A program made the position numbers and the translations under genes. DNA of 64,000 bases, taken from the NCBI GenBank assembly GCA_002633005.1, contig NMRA01000318.1, forward strand, positions 450,083-514,082, given 5' to 3'. Below are positions 39,820 through 52,700 of the stretch, piece by piece. Source of the DNA: Phoronis australis (lineage: Eukaryota; Animalia; Phoronida). Numbering within the stretch: position 1 is the stretch's first letter; every line of letters starts with the position of its first letter. Below the pieces are notes generated by a model, which was given only the letters and a program-made list of their open reading frames with translations, had not been told where the DNA came from and did no database searches.

Positions 39820-42090
39820 AAAACAATAGTAATAAAATTTAGGTACTAAGTAAAACAAAACAATAATAAAAAATAATAATAGTAATAAAACAAAAATAAT
39901 AATAAAAAAGTAAAAATAATTATAATAATAATAAATAATAATAATAATAAAGTAATAAAAACTAATAATAAAAAAAAAACCTTTGGATGTCATTGTTGAC
40001 ATTTTATTCGACTTTCCATGAAAGATACGGAGATACTGTACTCACCCTTGGATATGTTGTTTATTAGGCCTTTTCAAGTACTTCGTCACCGGCCCTAACC
40101 CTACCATGTTTATCTACGCTTTTGATCGGCATACTTCCTTCCGAACAACACTTAAAAAATATGTATACTTTACCGATGCATGAAAAAAAAAACAATAAAG
40201 AAAAATTAAAAAACCAACATATAATACAACTAATAAACAAACTAAAACGTACACTAAAACATTGCTACAAATTAAATAAATAATTGAAAAATAAACTAAT
40301 AAAATGAAATTCATAACAACAAAATGTGTTAAACATTTTAAAACACTCCTGTCAATTCTATCACATAATACTTCACATTTCGTTCTCTCGGCATAATTTA
40401 CACCTATTCCAACCGCGCTTAAGTTACGGTAGTGCGTCAACTTTTCTTTTCGTCTAGCATTGTGGTCGGGTATTTCCCACCAGGACGATTTTCGAATAGT
40501 CGGCTACTGTAGTGGCAGATAGGCGGACGTTATGATCGATGAGATCACGTCTCACATGCCTGCTAAGTTGTCCACTGCCCAGGCGCGTATAGCTTAGTCA
40601 TACGAAATCTGCGCTCGAGTGCCTCCAGAGCTGTTTCCTTTAATTTTACGATTTTCATATATACTAGTTCATTTCGGTGTAATTAGGTCTAAGCCAGTCA
40701 CTCTAACAGTTGTCCTTATCGGCTGAAGTAGGGTCGTTTTCATCTGCAACCCAGGATCCACTACACCCGGGCTATTAGTAGACCTAAACAGTAACCATGT
40801 CACGGCGCCAAGTTTTTGAAAACGCGTCACTCACACTAGTGGGTTACATCTGCCCGTTTAGGCGTATAAATCATATCAGATTCCAGTAATGGCTGACATA
40901 TTTTAACACAAGATTTTTAATTTACGATTTCAAAATCTTGTAACCTTTCATTTTGTTAACCTATATTGCACGCACATGTGCCTAACCTACTTCCTAAAAT
41001 TTTGTCACCAAAGCACACTGGGATCACACTAGCCCAAATTCAGTTGAAGCCCTCATTATCCAGATTTCATGGTAATGGGCCAGCCTGTGGTTTCACTCTT
41101 ATGTAATTACATAATAACTTGTTGCATAGTGCTGATGACCTCGTGCCAGCAATGGAATTTTCTAGACTAAATTTTCATGATACCAGAACCCTAGGCTTAG
41201 TTGCATTTACTAACTAGTTGTGACCATCTTTTCCTGACATCGACAGCACAAATGTCATTTGTCCTTTTGCTTAGCTCTAGGATATTCGTTGAACACATTG
41301 GTAGGGTGCTAGGCCTTTACTGCCAATCATATTTTGTAGACCAAGTTGCTTCCTGATTTGTGTACTTGATGTTGTCTATTATATAGGACTCGGGGTATCA
41401 TTATTCCTGAGAGCCTATTGCTCTCTCCTCTCTCGTATAGTTGTGTTCTGTAGGATTTTTATAGATATTTTAGTTTTCTTAGACATATAGTAGACATGCA
41501 AGTTTCCGTATGAAGGTCTGTCTGTGGCAGATAGCTTGATACATGGTTTTAATTAATGATTTTTATCAATCGGTCAGTTTTCATCTTTAAAGCATCAGCA
41601 AATAAATAGGACTGTTTGAATAATGATTTTCGATCTGTTCATAATCTTTATATGAAATGAAATCTCCCATGCTGATGGTCCTTTACCTTTCCTGCACCAT
41701 TACTTCTTTTCTAACTTATATAAAAAATAAGAAATAAAAACAAATTAAACCATTTAAAAAAACTAAATAACAAATATAAAAACTAAATAAAAATAGATAT
41801 TTAAAAAGTAAAATAATATTAAAAAATAAATAAATAAAATATTGTAAAATTTACATAAAATATTTAAAAAAACACAAATGAATGTATAAAATAAAAAGAT
41901 AAAAACAATTCAAACTATTTAAAAAATAACAAATATAAAAACCAAATAAAAATATATATTTAAAAAAAAGTAAAATAATATTAAAAAAATAAATAAAAAA
42001 TATTTTAAAATTTACATAAAATATTAAAAAAAACAACAATGAAAATATAAAAAAAGAATAAATAAAAATGTTTTTTTAAAAGAAATCTAC
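39820..42090. repeat. A-rich low-complexity tracts (39820-39980, 40180-40330, 41715-42090), the last with an internal duplication of about 175 bp
   Basis: (TAA/AATAAA)n composition, and 41740-41880 is repeated at about 41915-42040. Confidence 0.8.
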
Positions 42091-43049
42091 AATTTTTTCT
42101 GTTCTCAGTACAATTTTGCAGCGAGTTTCCCTAACAGCACATGCTTCCGTGTGAGGTCACTCCCCACCCATTGTCATAACGCTTACCTCTCCTGGTACGC
42201 AAGTTAATTGTTCCACTGCAATACCAACACCTTCGCACATAGGAGCCTGAACGCCAGTTCTCTGCGGCTGCTCTACCCTAGCTCATACATGTACATGATG
42301 CATTAGATTCGTAATAATTGGGGGGGGGGGCACTAAACTTGGGGTACTAAAGTGTGCCCTAAACCGTCTGAATTTCGCTAGGATTTGCCGCGGTATGAGT
42401 GAGGGTTAGTTGACCTTTGGGGGTGGCTTGGACCCGGGGAAAGCCCGGCCAGGAGTGTAGGGCGGTTCTGTGCCATGCGATGCTCAGGTGGAACCACCGC
42501 AGGTCCTCCAGGTAGGTTTGTGCTTGCACCGTTATGTGGTGCAATTTCCCTTGTAGTTAAGGCATAGCAGAGTCTGCTAGGTGAGTGTGGTATGGGGTCA
42601 GTAGAGGTGTCTGTAATGTGCAGCAATCACAACTGTCTCTCGGCGACCAGGGTGTGGCTGGGCTTCGACCTTGGCGGGAGCGGTACTGTTAACTGTGAGG
42701 TATCCAATCTGTCCTCGTGTGCCGTGCCCCAAGTCTAACATCGTGCCTGCATCCCGGAGGGCGGGGGGGGGCAGCTTCACTGCATATGGAGTCAAATCCG
42801 GGACTGGTATTAGTCCTTTTCTCATTGGTTGTGACTACCTTTTTCTCCCATCCCCTGTCACTCCCCTACCAGGGTCAGGGCCCCCACGTGAGTTGTGGCG
42901 GTGGACAGGATTGTTCATCCATGAACAACCCTGCCCATGTGGCACATACTGAGCCACAACACCACGTTCCTTACAATATCTCTTTTTATCACTCCGGCTG
43001 GTCTGCTCACTCAGCTTGTCCGGAACCTGCTTTGCAGGTTGTTATAGCC

Positions 43050-43270
43050 CAGTTGGCTGTTTGGTGTACCCACTTGGTACTTTATATGATATTTGCCCAT
43101 TTGGCAGTTTGTACCCACTTGGTACTTGTTATTGAATTTGCCGCTTTGCTCGACCCAGTTGGTAGGCAATCGGCCAATACCCATTTGGTATTATGTACCC
43201 ATTTGGTACTATGCTAACCTGTGCCACTTAGTATCCGATACTCAGTTACACTTTGGGTATCGGAAATGTG
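43050..43270. repeat. Short tandem repeat of (G)TACCCA(C/T)TTGGTA motif
   Basis: Several copies, at about 43066, 43096, 43111, 43178 and 43196. Confidence 0.7.
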
Positions 43271-44289
43271 TGTGTTATCTCTTGTAATTAAGGAACTCAT
43301 CTGGTTCCTTCTGTGAAATATTTGTAGAGCTGTGACCCTGAAATTCCCAATACAACTTAAAATATTTATTATTCTTGTTGTTTTATTTGTCCCCAATAAT
43401 CGTATTTGCGTGAATAAGTGTTACGTGTGCGTGTGTGCATCAATTATTACTGTTTTACGTGTTTCTATAGTAATTCATTTCAATGTTAACCTGTTTTCGT
43501 TAATTCGATTTCTAAGCAATGAGTGTTACCTATACTCGTGAAATAAAATTTAAAAATGAGAAGTTTGTTTTGTAAAATAATTAAATCCAATACAGTGTAC
43601 ATTGTAATTGCCAATTGTCTCTCTCTTGGCGGACTGTCCCACTTTTTGAATGTCTTCCCACCATCTCGTCACACCATAAAAAGGCCCCGCTTTCTGACAT
43701 ACCGCGAAATTGACATATTATCATCTTCTGTTTTAAATTTCCTCGCTACATATCCATTTTTCCGTTTGACTAAAAAAACGGGACTTTCTTGGGTTTTTGA
43801 GGCACCCGCAAATTTTCATTTGCTGTAAAAAACGGCATCGGGTGCTTTTGGTGTTCGACAAGTAACATTAATTTCTATCTTTGTAATGAAGATAGTTATT
43901 TTTCAGAGTCGTCTTTCCTTAGTAACAATCGTAAAAATGATACCATTATTTTTGTTTACGGTAGCACACATGTTATGGATCAGGGTCAATAATTTTTACT
44001 TCCTTGGGAAATCGGTTTATTTATAATAAATATATAAACTACTGTGGAAAGTCCTACAATGCAACTATCCACAGCACAAAAGCTGTTTGCTCGTTTTTAT
44101 CTATGGGAAAGCCTTTCTGTGTAAATTTCGTTGATGTGATTACAGTTATTAGTTGATCACATATTTTATAAGTGTCACTGCATCCTGAAATTGTACTGAA
44201 GAAAACGGCACCAAAGGTCCAATTAATATAATTGATGTACAGTTTTGGAAAAATGCCTAACTAAATTCTTGACATCAACTGTGAGAGAT

Positions 44290-46720
44290 CTATTTTCTAA
44301 AATCTCTGTCTTGATAGGGAAGAAATTTTTTAATCACGTGTTCGGCTGTTTCATCTCCCAGACTGCATTTTCTGTACACTGTGTCCTCCGCTCGACCGAG
44401 TTTGGCAATCCAATATTTCAACTTTATGTGGTGTCCGCTGCGTAATGGACTGAGAGAGACCTGCTCCTTCCCGCTCATCGTCATCTCTGTGATGCGGTTG
44501 ATGTTGACGCCTCAGTTACCGTGCACTCGTTGTGTTCTCTTGTGAGACGCCGGTCCGCCTCTTGTCGCTCTCCGGATTGCCGTTTTGGCGTTATCATAAT
44601 AGTGGTATACTGCTTCCTGTTCTTGTTTGGTACCCTCTTTTGCCACTTCGTCGGCCAGATCATTCCCGATGATCCCTGTAAGGCAGGAACACCAGGTGAA
44701 GGTGACTTGGCAGCCTCTTCCATGCAGCTCGGCAAGGGTCAGCATGATGTGGCGTTCGTCGTCGTTGTTGGGTGGCTGAGATAAATGGATTGTGTGAAGG
44801 CGTTGAAGCACCGACTCATTGTCACTCACTATTCTGACATCTCTTGCTAAGTCTTCTTCTTGGATCACCTTCAGGGCACTGCTGATGGCCTCCATCTCCG
44901 CCTGGAACAAATAGCACCACTTGCTGGTCGCATGGATGGCCTGTAGTGACAACGACTTCACCACCGCCTGTCGTATTACCGTCCATTGCTGATCTGCCTG
45001 TGTCGTATTTGCTCCATCATTCCTCAGTCGGGCGATGGCCCACTGCCGGTCCGCTGCCACATCGCCCGTTTTGCTGCCCATCGTCTCGAACCGATTTTCA
45101 CCTATTTCTAGCCATGGGGGGAGAAGTTCTGCGGCCCTTTGGTGTCAAAGATCGATTTCCATACTTTCCTGGCTATTTCTCTCCAGCTCGTCTTCTTCGT
45201 CCGCTGCCGCACAGTCTTGTCTGCAGTCTGATATCTTGGGTTCTGGTTTGCCTGTCTCAGTGATTTCTCATAGGCGATATGGTCGACAGGTTCGCTGCCG
45301 CAAGGATAGCTTCAGCTGGGGTCGTGATTGCACGGAATGCAAATCTCTGGCTTGTCTCCAATTTGTTTATAGTTGATTGTGAGGCCCACGGCAACCAAGC
45401 AGAGGCAGAATATTCAACTGTTGATCTACACGTGGCAATCAAAGTTGCTCGGGGTGCCCTTGTCATACCCCTAGTCTGTGGACGCCAAGTTTTTCAGTGC
45501 ACCTGCCCGTCTTCTCGTCTTCCTGCTAACCATCGCACCGTGTGGGGCGAATGTCAGTTGATGATCGTAGGAATTTTGGTTGGGGATGTACCGTATGGGC
45601 TGGCCGTTTAGAATAAGAGAGGGCTTCGTGGGTGTTTGTGATAAAGAACGAGCACTCGGACTTCTAGACGGCAATTTCCATCTTCCACTTGTGACCATTC
45701 TTGAATCTTATCTAGCACGGATTGAATCTCCTTCTCAGCTTCCGCCAGGTCATTGCTCTGTGTCCACCAGGCCACGTCCGCATACAAGCTCACTTGCGGG
45801 CTCCGGATGAAGTCGGGAAGGTCGATGATGTAGAAGAGAAACAGGAGGGGTGATAGTGCCGATCCTTGCGGAACGTCTTGCTTGAAGTGTACTGTCTAGC
45901 TCTTCACGCTGTCTAAGGTCACCCAGGTCAGGCGGTTGGACAGCCACATCTGTGTCCAACGAATAATTTTCTGCGGTACGCCGCACCGTTGCATCTTCAG
46001 AAGAAGAGCATCACGCCAAACTTTGTCGTAAGCTCGTGAGTAATCAATGAGCATCAGGAGGGTTCTTTGCATGGGGGTTCTGGAATCCATCACTGATTGA
46101 TGGCGACAAGCGGAGTAGTTGGACTTCGGTGCTGCGCCCCCGCCGGGAAACCCGCTTGATTTTGGTGTAGAGTCTTCGTTTTTTCTACGATATACCTCAT
46201 AAAGTTGGCCATCAATGGCTCCATGGCTTTCCCGATTGTAAAGGTCAGGGATATGGGTCTGTAGTAATCTCGCTGCTGATGTTCTTTGGCTGTTTTCGGG
46301 ACAGGTCGGATATCGACTTGGGAGACATTTGTCGTTGACCAGGACAGATAGTAGATTCTCAGTAGGAATGACTTCGCTACTGGTCCTAATTGGTGGAGGA
46401 ATTTGTGGTGAATCTTTGTCCGGTCCTGGGGGTTTTGAGAGTTCTTAAAAGACTCTTCAGCGCTGCTCTTAACTTGGAACTATCCGCCCTCATTCGAGCA
46501 TTCAACGTCTTCTTCAAGCCTCTATCTTCCTGCTCAATCTTCAACTATCTCACATTGCGGTACATTCTTACAAACGCGTCTGCTATATTCCCCGGGCTGA
46601 CATAGTTCTTGCTCTTGTGTGTGATGATTCGGGCGGTATCTTGTCCTTTTTGGGGCGTTCAGTTTCCGAAGGAGCCAACACATTTCTTTCGATCCTTGGT
46701 TTTGCTGCGTGGAGGATACG
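44290..46720 (-). mobile_element. RNase H-containing non-LTR retrotransposon (I/Ingi/Nimb-like group), 5'-truncated and degenerate
   Basis: RT motifs LIDYSRAYDKVWRDALLLKM, VPQGSALSPLLFLFYIDDL and SLYADV. RNase H motifs AEMEAI, IVSDNESVL and GIIGNDLADEVAKEG. C-terminal LRSGH...C...ETAEHVI knuckle. Confidence 0.92.
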
Positions 46721-46889
46721 TTCGTTGTAATTAGACACTCTGAGGTCTATGCTTTCTGCCGTCGTATCAACCGGGAGGATAAGTAGATTACGTTCATACA
46801 GGAACTGATGAGTAATAATAGGCCTAGTCTCCTCATTACTGTTATATTGATTGGTTACAATTGACTGAGAGCGCTGGCCCAGGGCAAGG

Positions 46890-47700
46890 TGTACCTAAAA
46901 CCTACACGGATAAGTATCTAGGATTTGACTCCCACCTCCTGTTAGTTCGGCGTGATCTGGACACTTGCGTACAGAGGGGAAACCATTGTTTCAGATCACG
47001 TGAACAAGGAAGAGGAGAGATCACACGTGAACCAGGCGCTATCTAAGCGCGGCTACCCCAAATGGGCGTTCACTAATGCAGGTAGGACGACTGAACATAA
47101 GAAAAGGGAACGTTCTTTACCGGTGACATCGTTTCTGCACGTTAAAGATGTCGGAGAAGCTAAAACGTATCTGTAGCCAGTATGGCATAAGGGTGACACA
47201 TAAACCGGTTAGAACATTACGACATTTACTTTTCCATATTTAGGATAACCCAGAGTAAGAACAAATAAGTGGAATTGTGTATGGAATTCAGTGTGAGGAA
47301 GAGAACTGCAAGGCCATGTATATTGGAGAAACAGACCAACCATTAAAACAGCGCATGTACCAAAATAGAAGGGTTGCTGGTGAGGGTGTGTCTTTGGCTG
47401 CTTTTAATCGTCTCCGGGACATGTCGCGAATTTAAGAGCACAGTTCAAGATTGAGCTCGGTTCAAAGTGTCGTCCACAAGTGTTTATGTGAGGTCGGTAA
47501 CCAGAGCACGACACGGCGGTTCCCTCCAATCTTCAGTACCATCTTCCCTTTGAAAGAGGCACGATGCCTCCGAGGTTCTAGGTGCTCAGTTTTGTGGTTA
47601 TTGTCCTGCATACCAGATTTTGTTGGAGTACAACCTCTGCGGTTCATTGCTTATATTACTATTACACTCTGTTATTTTTCGCATTTAGAAAAAATCTTTA
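46890..47700 (+). mobile_element. Penelope-like element 3' fragment (RT thumb plus GIY-YIG)
   Basis: TYTDKYLGFDSH, ALSKRGYPKW, THKPVRTL and GIVYGIQCEEENCKAMYIGET. Confidence 0.88.
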
Positions 47701-49765
47701 AATATGCATTAATTTAGCTACCTCTTCATTAATTTTAGTTACCTTTTGATATAATCATAGACCATCAACAGGTTATGTAATTCGGTTGAAAAATGGAGGC
47801 GACACAAAAAGTTTTAGTGACAGTAATTACTATAGTAGGAACCAACACCGGTACAATAGAATGCAAACAAACGCCACGTGTGCGCGGCGCGACCTCAGCC
47901 GCGCAAGATCGCAGTTGGCATTCCAGAGTGATAATTAAAAGTAGTCAATCAACCAAGCAAAGTTCTTGGCGTTACATCTCAGCTATGGAGCTTTGCATCT
48001 TGTTCACATTTTACCAAGGTGGAGGTGGGGCAACCCCACGTGACAGCCGATTTTGGTGACATTCAGGTATCAAAAGTCACACTTACAGTGAGAAAATCCA
48101 GCGTAACTTCGGAAATGTTACTGGAGCGATATCCCTAGTAAAAAGTTTTAGATTTTGCTCCCGTTTTGTACCGATTAAGGCACTAGTCGAGTTTGGTGAA
48201 GCTGGCATCTTTTCTAAAGTGAGAGCGACCAAAATCCTGTTTTGGCTAGACCAAATGTTTTTGTTGTGATATCTCAAGAAGGGAGCTTATGCATATGGAC
48301 ACACACGCTCGCGTACACACACATACACACACACATATAGATCTTTATGTGAAGGGAAGTACGAGCGACAGTAAAATTTCGTGACATTTATTGCTGATGC
48401 TTTTTACGCTGGAGTCTCAATTGTTTTCATGCTGAAAATTTTTTAACTATCATACTTAAACAATTGGAAACCTAAAGGCTTCTGTACTTCGCTTAGTTTT
48501 CAAGACCACGTAGAAAATGAGTTCACTTGCTCTAGTGAGAAGGAAGTACACATATCTCATACAGTACTTTGATACTTGTTTAATTTCAATGTTGGTTCAA
48601 ATCTTTTGATTCAATCTATAAAGTTTTCCCCTTTGTGGGCTGACATTTGGGGATTCTATGATATGAAATATTGTGAAAAGGTCCAAAACCTTTTTATGGG
48701 ACAAGACTCTTGTCAAACAGTTCTATGAAATGTGACACATATGCATGTGGTCTCATATTGAAAGATGGGTACCCAAGTTCCTGTTGACTGGCTCCCCTGG
48801 ATTTGCAACTTCCGCGTGCCTATGGTGGTAGATGAGACCACGAGGGTAGGGAGGAATTGCTGACGATAGGAGGAAATATGAAAATCGGAAACACGGCGAG
48901 CAAAAGCGTCGCGAAATCGAGTTAGTTTGCTCCTCCCAACTATGACTAAACGTTAATAACAAAGACTTCAGCCTTTTCAAAGAATTTTGAAGCCTTCAGT
49001 CTCGGCTCATGTACATGCATCGGTCTCCTTCATCAATCGAGTTTTGCTGCTTTTAAATTCGATTTCCGAATTTACAATTTACGAATTACCGAATATTTTG
49101 ACCCATTTTCTTTCACATTTTAACTGTTTTGACTAATTCATAGTATCTCTTGGTGTTTGATTGAAGCGTGGCTCCAAAGACAATAAAATATGTATACAGA
49201 ATTATTTAATTTTCGTGGAAGACCCCCTCTTGGCTACATGCCTTGAAAGTAGCGAGTAGTATCAAATGTTCTTATTACTGTCCCGGGTAAGTAAGTCATA
49301 TGACTTCTGGGCACATTGATGATAATAATCAATAGAAAATCATCAATAATTGTCATTATTTGTGTATATGACCGTGCACATATCAACTGAATGTCAGTTC
49401 AAGACGCAAAATCAGAAAATTATATTTATAACAAAATTCCAAAGTAGTAGGTATACTTTTCTCTAGACTAAACCTTGATGATATAATTGTTGCCATAGTG
49501 ATAAGCTTCGGGATTTCTACCACCTAACGTACTAGCATTGCAGCTGGTCCGCTTTCTACATCAGATACAGACGTAATTAGAATAGTCTGGTATAATTTGA
49601 GAATCTTGTCACCTTTGCCTCACAAAATGAGTTGACTGCAACTCTTTACAATATTATGCGGACTATCTAGGTTTAAGTGTTCTATGTCTACATGTGTTTT
49701 GGCTCGCATGTACATTGTTCTGGCTACTGTTTTAAACTGCATGTTTTCTCATTATAATTACAGGC

Positions 49766-52700
49766 ATGACCACTGACGAGGTGAAGGTAAGATGTAAGGT
49801 AGAAAATGTTTTGTGGAAGAGGGGACTTTTAACGAATTTTTGCATGAATTACAGTTGAGTGAAAGTGACGTTATGGGCAAGAAAAGATCATTTTCTGAGA
49901 TCAGCCCCATTGCGGGATCGAGCATGTAACTTTCTTCGTTGTAGGCAAACGTTCTACTTGCGGAATTCAATGCCATTTGAATGAAGTCTAGTATTCTAAG
50001 CGTATTTAACTTGTAAAGACACCGGCATTAATTTCAGCGAATGTCTGGTAGACAATGGTGAGAGTTAGCGATTCGTAAGAAATTCCCAAAAACACAACAG
50101 TTTTCATTGTTTTATAGCTCAAGTCAAACCAAAAACTTAAGAAATTCAACAAAAATATTACAAATACGTTTTCGCGGCAAAACGATAATCACCGGAGGTG
50201 TCCGATTGTTTAAGGTTTATATTGGACCTTATCGGCAAGACAAATACCACCAAAAGCATATATTTTCTGAAGGTAGAAATTTCGTAGAACTTGAGTTTCG
50301 CTTTTTACAGATCTGTGTTTATTTTGGTCCCGTGACCATGCTTTTAGTATAATTTGATAAAAAGAGAGGTACGTTCATGGCAAAACAACGCTATCAATCA
50401 ACAAAATTTGTATGATAGCAGTGTTTGAGATAAAGTCTCAAAAAGGCTGTTACAGTTTTCTAAATTATGGTTTCGTTTTAGTTTTATGCAACTTCAAAGT
50501 TTTTTCACAACAATCTGTTCAAGCTATATTTTTGATAGCCTTCAAGCAAAAGTGGAAAATCTAAGAAAACAATTTGTAACTGTGTTTTAGAGAACAGTGC
50601 GTAAAGCAAAGTGCATGAAATTTTCATATAAATCCAATCAACCATTTCTGAAATATCATGCTCCAAAGGTGGCTAGAATTGGACATTTGTGCAGGGTACT
50701 ACATACCCTTAACGCGCAACAGAAGCGTCAGATAGAGATTAGCGTCAGCGTACCCACAGTGCATCCACGATCGAAAGCGTGGCGATTTTCATGGAACAAG
50801 TGGTCTTTCCTGTTGAAATCTCTGACACACACAGCTTGCAATATTCGCGTGCCAACTTGTTTACTGAATCACACTTCCGCAAAACTTTGTTGTCTTGCAT
50901 CCATAAACGGCGACAGTAACAAGCTGAAGTAACAGAAGAAGCAGGCGACATCTATGTTATCCATTTTTCTAAGAACTGTACATGAAATGGTTTTGAAAAT
51001 TAATAAAATTTAGTTGCTAAACCATCCAATTTAACCTGGTCTTCAGGACAATACTCATAAAATTAGAAATTAAACTCTTAGTACCTTGCAGGCATCACAC
51101 CTCCTTCAAATGGAAAATGAAATTGAAGACTGGCGGGAACCATGGTCTCTGGCTTCCTCACCAAATCTCATGTGGTTAGCAACCTCATGCAAGTTCAATC
51201 CCAATCTCTCCATCGTGTGAGGGTTTGAATGACTTGATAAACAAACCTCCTGGACACCTCTCTGAATCCAGTTTATTTTTTCCTGTGCAAGATCTTGACA
51301 AGTCATTTTTAATTCGAGACCTGTGTCCTGGAGGTGCTTAAACACAGCAGAAGACACGCATTCTCCCCTGCAGACCCCCTATATGGGTACATGCCCTGTT
51401 TCTATGACACAAATATCTCCCTCACAGTGAATTCAATTCACAATTCCACTGACACGGACTTTCTCTTGTGAATCCTTAGGATGGATAAGTATCTGCCGTA
51501 ATGTTCTAACTGGTGAATGAGTCACCCTCATGCCACACTGCCCACAGATATACGTTTTAGTTCCTCCGACACGGAAAAGATGTCATCGTTGAAGGACGTT
51601 CTCTGGTGTTACCGTCACTCACCCTACCTGCATTCGTCAACGTCCATCTTGAGTAACCGTACATAGCGATGTCCTGGTTCACGTGTGATTTCTCCTCTCC
51701 ACTGTGCCCAGGGCCCGAAACTATGGTTTCCTGCCTTTCTGCATGTGAGAGTCCGGATACCGACATTAGTCTCCACTAACGGGTGGTGGGAGTCGAAGGC
51801 TAGATACGTCTTTCAACTGTGACATCGTTTCCGTACGTTAAAGGTGTGGCCAGTATGGCAAATTAGCTGTGGCCGATGAACCGGTTAGAACATTACAGTA
51901 GATATTAGTACTTCTTAAAGATTTTCAAAAGAAAGAGCGTGTTCGTGGAATTATGTTTGGAATTCAGTGTGAATGAGATAACTGCTAGGCTTCGTATGTT
52001 GGAGAAACAGAACAACCGTTATGTGCCAAAATGGAATGTCTGTAGGTGAGGGTATGTCTCCTGCTGTTCTACTCATCTCCAGGACACAGATCGCGAATTT
52101 AAAAATGACAATCCTGAGAGAAAAACTATTTTCAGGGAGGTGTCCAAGAGGCTTTGTTAATCAAATCACTTAATCTCTTACTTAACAAACTTCGGTTCAA
52201 AATGCCGTCTGTTAAAGATGAGTGTATGCATCAGGCTGTTAACCAGACGAGACCTCGGAAGATAGCAAGAGGCGACGGTTCCCGCCGACCTTCAGTACCA
52301 CCTTCTCTTTGAAGGAGGCGTAATGCATCCGAGGTGCTAGGAGTTTAATTTTGTGAGTTTTGTCCAGTAGAGGAGATTTAATTCGAATACAAGCAGTGAA
52401 AATTCCTCAATTTATTTTAAGTAAATTGCTACTTGTCAGGAAATCTCCACGACTTCCAGAGATCTGATTTGGAAACGGTGAGCTGTGTAGTCGATCGTGG
52501 ATACACACTTTTGCAAAACAAGTGAAATGTTTTGTATTGCATGTAAAATATTGGTCTCTTGATCGATTTTCCCTTAGCTGATATCTTTCGAAAGCTCATA
52601 AAAATATGTATTATTACATTGAGTATGTTTTTCAGAAATCTCACTGAATTTCTATGTAAATACAACAATAATGCGAAAAGGCGTCGAAAATGAGTACATT

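Noticed and set aside
39772-42039. Hydrophobic F/I/Y/L-rich ORFs resembling membrane or mitochondrial proteins
   Set aside because: They are translations of A/T-rich low-complexity tracts.
48097-48120. Second 28S-like motif (CGTAACTTCGG)
   Set aside because: Only about 11 nt match with no flanking similarity, so chance is likely.
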